Positions 55,610 through 64,000 of a DNA stretch of 64,000 nt are shown piece after piece. Within the stretch, counting starts at the first letter, position 1. Each line of letters opens with the position of its first letter. The position numbers and the translations under genes are program-made. This DNA comes from Eledone cirrhosa (Eukaryota), in the NCBI GenBank assembly GCA_964016885.1, contig OZ024740.1, positions 293,198,001 through 293,262,000 on the forward strand. The letters are read 5' to 3'. A model generated the notes under the pieces. The model was not told the DNA's origin, made no database searches, and worked only from the letters and a program-made list of their open reading frames with translations.

Positions 55610-55997
55610 GTTAGTAAAAAGGAAAAGGAAATGCTGACAAATTTTTCCCAGTGAAAAATAGTTTAATTAGGAATAAGTATAAATTAGTAATAAGTATTAG
55701 TTAGTATTCAGTTTTAGTTTTAAGTTTTTACCGGTTGCGCATTTCTTATACTTTTCAAAAATAATTTTGAGATAGAGTGCTCGTGATTTTTGCTCTAATC
55801 TGCAAAAATCACGAGCAAAAATCACGAGCACTCTATCTCAAAATTATTTTTGAAAAGCATAAGAAATGCGCAACCGGTAAAAACTTAAAACTAAAACTGA
55901 ATACTAACTAATACTTATTACTAATTTATACTTATTCCTAATTAAACTATTTTTCACTGGCAAAAATTTGTCAGCATTTTCTTTCCCTTTTTACTAA
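55610..55997. mobile_element. Family M foldback mini-element with two opposed variant hammerheads
   Basis: Arms about 55610-55795 and 55813-55997; plus-strand motif TTGAAAA-gcat-aagaa-atgc-GCAA-ccgg-TA at 55850-55879. Confidence 0.8.
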
Positions 55998-56017
55998 TAT
56001 ATATATATATATATATA

Positions 56018-56360
56018 AACATAAATTATCGAGATTCGCACTTCGGCCCACGAAATAACGAAAAACAACCTCCGAGATGTGCGGCAAGTGCTCAATGATT
56101 CAGATGAACCAGAGCTATAACAAACGTTAAAGGCCAAACCCACTGAGACGATGGTTAAACAATCATTCGCATAGCCAAGAAAAAAATGATCAAGTAATTC
56201 GGGTATTGAAAATTTACCCGGACCCCTGGAAGGTTGGTAAAATCCAGTATATGGGTTTCTGTGGCTCCTAAATCAAGTACCGTCCGCTTACATAAATAAT
56301 GTCAGGCTTCTGGTAAGATGATTGAACAAGGAAGCCACTTTCTCAACAGGTTTTAGTTCA
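56018..56360. repeat. Family I diverged copy between (TA)n tracts
   Basis: Colinear with 26713-27080 (taaaggccaaac, ggacccctggaa..ggtaaa.tccagt). Confidence 0.7.
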
Positions 56361-56375
56361 ATGTTAATAGAAGGA

Positions 56376-56420
<45 letters not shown>

Positions 56421-56436
<16 letters not shown>

Positions 56437-56665
56437 TTAGAAACACACAGATACATGCGGACACACACATATATACATGAATGCATCCGCACCCAACTGT
56501 GAGTTAAGGGTGCCAACTTCACCGATGTTGCTCAATGAATGACTGGGACAGACCAATCCAGTTGAACTAGACTGAACCAGTATCAGAGTTAAAAATACAT
56601 TATGAAGAGAGAAGAAACATTTAGATATAATTAGTAATAAAATGTATCATACCTAAACTGCTTCT
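56421..56665 (-). repeat. Family O partial copy
   Basis: Matches 58268-58505. Confidence 0.85.
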
Positions 56666-56734
56666 ATATTTATATATATATATATATATATAAATATATA
56701 TATACACATATATATATACATATATATATACACA

Positions 56735-57186
56735 TGTCAACTCTGGATGTCGGTGAGCATGTCCAGCCAACCTCAGTCTCCTCTGTGTCACTTTTGAGCT
56801 GACTTTTGGGATGCTCCCATACAGCTCTGAGTTTTTCATCCTCAGTGTATACTGATTAATGTTCAGAGCCATCCTCAGCATTCTCGTGTAGCAGCCATCC
56901 ACCATCTGAGTGAGTTTCTTGGTCAGTGTCCAAGTCTCAGACCCATACAGCAGCACAGACTCCACTACAGCAATGAAGAGGCAATGACATTGCACTCAGT
57001 GGTCCTTTGGGAGCCCCTACATGGACACACTAGAAGAGGAAGACCAAGGTTAACATATGTTGATGCCCTAAAGACAGACACTGGTCTGTTGGAGATGCAG
57101 GATATGGCAGCGATAATGAGAGACAGAGACCGCTGGAGAGAACTTGTCCATGGATCTCGGGAATTTTACCCGCCTTAGATAGATAG

Positions 57187-57190
<4 letters not shown>
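56735..57190 (+). mobile_element. RTE-type LINE 3' fragment with 5' inversion
   Basis: 56735-56984 inverted (VESVLLYGSETWTL..RRLRLAGHAHRHPELT); 56985-57178 sense (TLHSVVLWEP..DRDRWR); (TAGA)n tail. Confidence 0.9.
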
Positions 57191-57231
<41 letters not shown>

Positions 57232-57355
57232 GCGGTGATTTCTTTTTATTTTGCATGAGTGTTTGAAAGAAAAGAGGCAGGTGGATTTATTTAAGAGATG
57301 TAGATGGCACGAGAATAAAGTAACTGTTTAAGAAGTAAATGATATTCACTCAGCA

Positions 57356-57414
<59 letters not shown>

Positions 57415-57420
<6 letters not shown>

Positions 57421-57790
57421 ATTATTATTATGTAATAAACAACATAAGGCAATTATTCCATTTACCAGTGGTTTCTTAAAAGCAAAAGGTTTTGCTTTCA
57501 ATCCTCAGAATGAAAAATCCTGGTTTGTTTATTGAATATGGATTCTAAAAACCCATATTTTGTTTATTGAATATGGATTCTAAAAACCCATAGGTTTTTA
57601 GAATCCATATTCAATAAACAAACCAGGATTTTTCATTCTGAGGATTGAAAGCAAAACCTTTTGCTTTTAAGAAACCACTGGTAAATGGAATAATTGCCTT
57701 ATGTTGTTTATTACATAATAATAATAATAATTAAGCTCTGTTGCATACATAGAGCACTCTTTTTTCCTGGACTTTTCCGATGGAATTACT
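57415..57790. mobile_element. Family N foldback mini-element with two opposed canonical hammerheads
   Basis: Plus-strand HHR 57632-57690: ttcatt-CTGAGGA-ttgaaagcaaaa-cc-ttttgcttttaa-GAAA-ccactgg-TA-aatgga; mirror copy at 57456-57514. Confidence 0.88.
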
Positions 57791-57792
57791 TC

Positions 57793-57835
<43 letters not shown>

Positions 57836-57842
<7 letters not shown>

Positions 57843-58667
57843 TATGAAGAGAGAAGAAACATTTAGATATAATTAGTAATAAAATGTATCATACCTAAAC
57901 TGCTCCTAAATTCCTCGACTACGTAGTTTCGTGGCATAAACAAAAACAATATATCATGAAGATATAGAGTCCTTGCGAGGTCTGCCGACTTATCAAGAGG
58001 ATACCTCATTTTACTAGTCTCAAGAACGCGTCTACACGACGTGAGAAAGAATCCCAAAAGGCGGAGGGGGAGATAGTCACGCGATATAACGGTCGAGAAA
58101 CAGAGCTAAGCCTCTTATAACCCCGAAGAAAATACCACGGAGGGGGAGGGGGTATTTATATCGAGGCCGTAGAAGAGGTGGTGAAGAAGGCAAGAAGTAT
58201 GAGTAATGGAAGCCTTCCAGCTGTCCCCACACCTCAAAGATTGCTCGACCAGAGGGAGTTATTAACAATATAATTAGAAACACACAGATACATGCGGACA
58301 CACACACATATATACATGAATGCATCCGCACCCAACTGTGAGTTAAGGGTGCCAACTTCACCGATGTTGCTCAATGAATGACTGGGACAGACCAATTCAG
58401 TTGAACTAGACTGAACCAGTATCAGAGTTAAAAATACATTATGAAGAGAGAAGAAACATTTAGATATAATTAGTAATAAAATGTATCATACCTAAACTGC
58501 TCCTAAATTCCTCGACTACGTAGTTTCGTGGCATAAACAAAAACAATATATCATGAAGATATAGAGTCCTTGCGAGGTCTGCCGACTTATCAAGAGGATA
58601 CCTCATTTTACTAGTCTCAAGAACGCATCTACACGACGTGAGAAAGAATCCCAAAAGGCGGAGGGGG

Positions 58668-58669
<2 letters not shown>
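57836..58669 (-). mobile_element. Family O retrozyme-like element: two ~234-bp direct repeats, each with a hammerhead, 597 bp apart
   Basis: HHRs at 57912-58001 and 58509-58598: tcctc-TTGATAA-gtcggca..tgccac-GAAA-ctacgtag-TC-gagga. Confidence 0.82.
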
Positions 58670-58721
<52 letters not shown>

Positions 58722-59289
58722 TATATTGCTGAGTGAATATCATTTACTTCTTAAACAGTTACTTTATTCTCGTGCCATCTACATCTCTTAAATAAATCCA
58801 CCTGCCTCTTTTCTTTCAAACACTCATGCAAAATAAAAAGAAATCACCACCATTTCAGATTTCACAAAGAGAAAATCCTCAACAATACATTTTCTCTGGA
58901 CCCCAGTAACTTATTACAACATCTAAATATTAACCCGTCCAGTTGGATAGACACTTACATTGTAGTATTTCTAAAGTTATCGTCATTTTCACATTTACAT
59001 TTTCATAAATATGGCATTTTGCTCTATTGTTACTCAGGAAAATAAATCATGTTTATACCAATTTCTATATCTTTCTTTGCAGCTGTTATTATATCTCATG
59101 TAATTGTAAGTATCAGTCGTTTTTTTTTTTTTCTTTCTTGTTATGTTAAAAGATATATTGTAAAAGGCTTTCAGTACCTCTTTAAATGTGAGAAGCTGAC
59201 TTCAGAAAGACATTATGATTGGTTGTTTTCGAAACCTTTCATTCTTTGATTTAAACAATTAAAAATATTTGTTTCAATATCTAAATACC

Positions 59290-59945
59290 AAGGGTCGATT
59301 CTTCCTCTATATCTCTTTCTCACTTCCATTCTCTCACTCTCTATCCTTCTCAGGAAGAAATTTGCTGTTTTCAGGCCTGGCGAAGGATGGGCCTCGCCAG
59401 ACTTAATATGCCCAAGTAACGTCGTAAGTCAATACGGTGCCCCTAAGACTACACCAGGAGTTACGGGCCCATACCATCTGAATACACCATCTCTAGGTGA
59501 TCTTCAATATTCGAAGGTTTCATTGCATTACTTCCAAATCTCTTTTCACATAACATATACGAGCTATTGTCTAATTATTAATCGAATAATTAAAGCCAAA
59601 TTTCAAATATTTCTGTGAATATTGTCAACATATTTGGATGTGATGGATGTATTTATAATCTCGTGGCATTCTGGTTTCTATACATTTTTAAATGGTAGAG
59701 GAACATGGGAAACTGGTAGAATCGTTAGAGCTTTGGGTATAATATCTTATGGTATTTGTTCTGGTATTTTGCACTCGAAGTTCAAATCCCGATTAAGCCC
59801 AATTTGCCTTTCATGCTTTTGATGCCGATAAACTAATGTATCAGCTCAGAGCGGTGGATTTATGGAATTGTTAGACCGTCGGACAACGAATATGCGGTAC
59901 TTACTTCGGATATTTGATTTATGAGTTCAAATTACGCTGTGGCCT
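59290..59945 (+). mobile_element. Cluster of decayed SINE fragments
   Basis: Long-SINE 3' region at 59290-59470; degenerate tRNA heads near 59705 and 59850. Confidence 0.55.
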
Positions 59946-60201
59946 ACTTAAGTAGTAGACTTAATCCAACGCCCGTTTTAACACCACCACCTGTCTCTTA
60001 GATATGTTTTTAACGGCGTCCACTGTCTTGCAGTTATTTAGACAAAATTTCCGGTTTGAGGGTACGTCCCTCCTTCACGCTCACTAATCTCGGTCACCTT
60101 GAAAAAGGGCATGGTGACTGCCTTTCGTAAACTGGGTAGTCAGAAATAAAATAGAAGAATTTCCATAAAAAAGTATTTTGTTCAATAATAATTACAAATT
60201 A

Positions 60202-60359
60202 CAGTATTTACTGGCTTATTGGACACCTCTTCGTGTAAGACACTCCCCGGTTTTACAAGGACATTTTGAGAAAAAAAGAATTTTAGTATATTTCTTCATA
60301 AATGTATTAAAAATTATTTGTTTAGAATAAACGTGCGTCCAATAGGCCGGCAAATACGG
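60202..60359. mobile_element. Tc1/pogo-type MITE
   Basis: TA-flanked ~26-bp TIRs: cagtatttactggcttattggacac versus the reverse complement ccgtatttgccggcctattggacgc. Confidence 0.75.
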
Positions 60360-60405
60360 TAATTAAAGCTATTTTCCCTTTCACTCAGGTGTTTTTATTT
60401 AATAC

Positions 60406-61303
60406 TAGCATTAAAGCCCGGCGTTGCTCGGGGTCATTAAGTTACCAAAGTTAGGTTGCACCACCCATTTTATGGCACCACTTTTTTGTCTGCCAGGCAC
60501 TGGGTGAATGAATTACAGACCTGGAAGCATGAGCTGCGCCAGCAGTGACAATTGTAGTTTCGCCTATGGATATAATCTCTGTGCAAAAAAGTGTTGAAAT
60601 TTATTGTTTCACAGTACTTGCACAACACGCGCGTAGACGATGCCAGCCGAACAACAGAGCTGCGATGGAGTTGTTCTACATGGTTGTCTGTGTGTTTTCT
60701 AAATTTAAGACAGTAGGGAGGGTTGTGATATGAGGGAGAGTTAGCTGTTGATTCTAGCAGGTTTAGTGACCTCATAGAGGATATGTGTTTTCTAAATTTA
60801 AGACAGTAGGGAGTGGTGTGATATGGGGGGAGAGTTAGCTGCTGTTTCTAGCAGGTTTAGTGACCTCATAGAAGATATGTTTTCTAAATTTAAGACAGTA
60901 GGGAGGGGTGTGATATGGAGGAGAGTTAGCTGCTGTTTCTAGCAGGTTTAGTAACCTCATAGAGGATATGTGTTTTCTAAATTTAAGACAGTAGGGAGTG
61001 GTGTGAACGGACAGTATCACCATCAAGCTTGGAAAGAGAAAGTAGCAGAAAGTATGAAGTTGTATAGATTTTGAATGGTAGTAGAAAGAGTTCAGCAGTT
61101 TAAATGAGAGAGAAAAATCGTAAAATATTGAGTTTTATCTATTTTTTGCGTAATTGTGGGTGAAATTGAAAAGATTATCTGCGTCAAGACGCAATCGAAG
61201 CTATTTCGAATACTGAATTGAAAATTTCAATTGAAGAAATTCTATATCGTAGATTTCTATAACGAAGGAGCATGACCACACACTGAGCTTTATAGATTAT
61301 GAT
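60406..61303 (-). mobile_element. Non-autonomous Helitron with an internal ~93-bp tandem repeat (60690-61005, about 3.4 copies)
   Basis: Minus-strand 3' end has hairpin cccgagcaacgccggg 8 nt before CTAG-t; probable 5' end a-TCataatctataaagc near 61300. Confidence 0.65.
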
Positions 61304-62099
61304 GCACGTATTTGCTACATAACATTTACTCGTCTAAATCAGGTAAAATTCTGTTCATATTCAGCGCGAGTTTTACAGAGAAATTTTGAGAATAAATTAC
61401 ATGCAATCGTCTCCATTTATGGCTATTTCTGATAAAATTAAAGCAATCTCTTTGAAAATACCATAAAAAATATAACGTGGTAAATGCTTCTTTAGGAAAA
61501 CGTAGTATTACAAGGGGAAATAACTGGGAGATGTAAATTTCAAATGGCACAGTATGTATATTAGTGTGTATGCAATAAAGCAGATGTATGGTATCATGTG
61601 GTGGTATGTAATATAGAGATGTTTATATTTATTATGCTATGGAGGTGTAGTATAGAAAGAGTACTGGGTTGCGTAAGTGAGGGAAAAGAAAAGCTTTTAA
61701 GAAAGCAAAGAATTCAATATTAAGGTGGTTCAAAATCAGTTGAATTCATTGAGTGCTTGCACTTAGCAAGGAGTTGGCCTTTGAGATGAAGACATCCTTT
61801 AAAATCTCGTTCTTAGAGTTCAACTAGTTATTGTTCGGAGACGACAAACCTTGTAATATTCTGGGTTTTTTTTCACTGGGACAGAGATAACAAAGATACA
61901 TTAAAATCTTCAACCGCAATTCCACTAAAATATTCTATTCTTATGGCCCAACTATGAGATAAAAAAATTACTGCAAAGAAAAAATCCAACGTAAATCCAA
62001 ACTGCTCTTGTAGGATGAAATAGAAGCAATAAAAATGTAATATCGAATCCGTTGTGTATGAGACAGAGATTACACACAACATCATAGAAAATTCTGAAG

Positions 62100-62308
62100 T
62101 TAGTGAAAGATATGTAGTATGGGCAAAATCGTTTTACACAACGTTTATACTCACATCTCCACTCCTTTATGGACCCTGATATGAGAACCAGCACTACCTT
62201 GGCAAAAGGAATCTGGCAAATAAAGTAGAAATGGATCCCAAGTAAGATTAGTTGGAAGGTAATTGAAAGGTCCAGACCTTATAACAACGGTACCAAAAGA
62301 CGTTGTTT
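62100..62308 (+). pseudogene. PLE GIY-YIG remnant, same clade as the first two PLEs
   Basis: RFTQRLYSHLHSF..STTLAKGIWQIK..ISWKVIERSRPYNNGTKRRC. Confidence 0.7.
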
Positions 62309-62949
62309 CAAGATTTTAATTTATAAGTGGCCTGCTCAAAACAGAACACATACATGATTGAAAATGATTGAAAATGATTAAATCGAACAACGTTCCTAAC
62401 GAAGTCGCATTCTATATCTGTTATTCTGTTCTTAAGATTGTGATAAATTGTCACGTAAAAGTAATATTCCTTGAGAAATGTTGTAATACAAGATTTAGAA
62501 CCAAGCATTAGTTGACTCATCTCTAGAAGGTAAGCACAATTAAACCCATAAAAGGTAAAATAGTTCAACTAAACAATCATTGCAGCTTTTGGATCACGCA
62601 GTCCAATTTTGTCTAAAAACATAAAAGGGAAAAAAATCACTTTCGGTAACATTTTCATCTTTCAAATAAAGTATTTGGGAGCAAATATTTTGCCATTATT
62701 TTCTTCATGTTTTCTATTAATGGCTATATGATTAATTATCTCTGTAGCAACAAGAATGCTGTCAAATTCCAATGTCGATATCATTTGTCAGTTTATATTC
62801 CAGTGAGTCGATGTGATTCAAGTATAATTTGCTAGTCTTAGATAAAAAAATATGCGGAAAAACAACTACAAAACATGTTTTAGATGTGAAGCATTGATGG
62901 TGTCACATAATTCTCGGAGAGCATCTTCACTGTCATTATTTACAGCAAA

Positions 62950-63170
62950 AGGGTGGTGGGTTGGCAGTGTCGGTAGAGTGTCGTACAGCATTCTTTTACC
63001 ATAGAGTTACAGCCTTTTACCTTCTGTGTTCAAATCATGCCGAGGTTAGCTTTACCTTTCATACTTACGGGATCGACAAAATAAAGTACCAGTAATACAC
63101 TGAGTTGATTTAATCGACATTCCCCTCCCCAAAAATAGTTGGCCTTGTACTAAAATCAGAATATATTATT
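62950..63170 (+). mobile_element. Meta-core SINE, full length
   Basis: tggcagtgtcggt A box, gttcaaatc B box and core. Confidence 0.85.
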
Positions 63171-63336
63171 TAGGCAGTTGGTTGGCGGAATGGCATGAGA
63201 GGGGACCAAAATGGTCAATAATTTGAAGAATCAGTAGAGCAACGGAATTGGATGGACGTCGACTAACATTGTCAGTTGAGTAGTAAAGAAATTGTGGGCG
63301 TGACTGCTGTTGGATTGCATAATCTGTAGAGCTTCG

Positions 63337-63394
63337 TCTTCTTCTTCTTCTTCTTCTTCTTCTTCTTCTTCTTCTTCTTCTTCTTCTTCTTCTT
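63337..63394. repeat. (TTC)n microsatellite
   Basis: Direct observation. Confidence 0.95.
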
Positions 63395-63590
63395 GAGAGG
63401 ATCGTGGGGGCTGAGTCCTCAAACACTCCTTCCAGCAGACCCTGTCAGAAGCAACCGTCTCCAACTTATCCGACTGGATTCCCAAGCGAGATCAGCCAAG
63501 CTCGGGGATATTATCCAACCATCATACTCGTAGTCTACCCCTGGTTCTCTTGTTGGTTGATTTTGCCCGTAAAATCTGACCAGTGATTAT
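63395..63590 (-). pseudogene. RTE-type LINE 3' fragment with probable (GAA)n tail
   Basis: KRTRGRL..WLDNI and LETVASDRVCWK directly upstream of the (GAA)n tract. Confidence 0.6.
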
Positions 63591-63825
63591 TTCCTTTAGA
63601 GCAACTGACAAAATAGTGTTGGGGGGGGGGGGATTATTATAGCAGTGAACAAAATACCTTGCAGTATTTAACCATGCCTCCTTACGTTGTGACTCTGAGT
63701 CTCAGCATGGCCATCTACGCCAATCATATTTTTTGTAACGATAAAATAAGTACTACATCTATATAATAGATTTACCATTCACCCAAAATTACTGCCCTTG
63801 TGTCTCAATTAGAAACCATTATTAT

Positions 63826-64000
63826 ATTGGCAGTATCGGTAGAGGGTCAGACATGCTTTCCAGCATAGTTACTTCCCTTTACGATCTGAGTTCAAATCCC
63901 GGCGAGGTTAACTTTGCCTTTCATCCTTACGGGGTCGATAAAATAAAGTACCAGTAACGTACTGGGTAATTGCTGTCCTTGTGCCAAAAGTAGAAAGAAT
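63826..64000 (+). mobile_element. Meta-core SINE (a degenerate copy precedes it at about 63635-63825)
   Basis: tggcagtatcggt..gagttcaaatccc..ctttgcctttcatccttacggggtcgataaaat. Confidence 0.88.

Noticed and set aside
62308-62640. Possible hAT transposase C-terminal remnant
   Set aside because: Only a vague motif resemblance; cannot be supported without a profile search.

Overview
AT-rich, microsatellite-dense metazoan DNA. The SINE types and (TA)n load suggest a mollusc such as octopus, but that is inference. I found no credible host-gene exon, rRNA, tRNA gene or CRISPR array; nearly all short ORFs in the track are microsatellite or antisense artefacts. The window is a patchwork of decayed retroelements: two related Penelope-like elements (PLEs; RT + C-terminal GIY-YIG) at 1-3400 (+) and 4587-9560 (-); several pieces of a second, Neptune-like PLE family; a near full-length CR1-type LINE (35.3-39.5 kb, -); RTE 3' fragments with twin-priming inversions; tRNA-derived SINEs; and a few MITE/Helitron remnants. 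The main unexplained signal is about a dozen different non-coding repeat families that carry hammerhead ribozyme (HHR) motifs and sit inside (TA)n tracts. Many are foldback palindromes whose inversion point lies in HHR stem II. Some have non-canonical cores (U3-A8 covariation, CAGAAGA, GCAA). One forms a 597-bp HHR-to-HHR retrozyme-like unit. All RNA structures were paired by eye, and repeat boundaries are approximate (about +/-20 bp).
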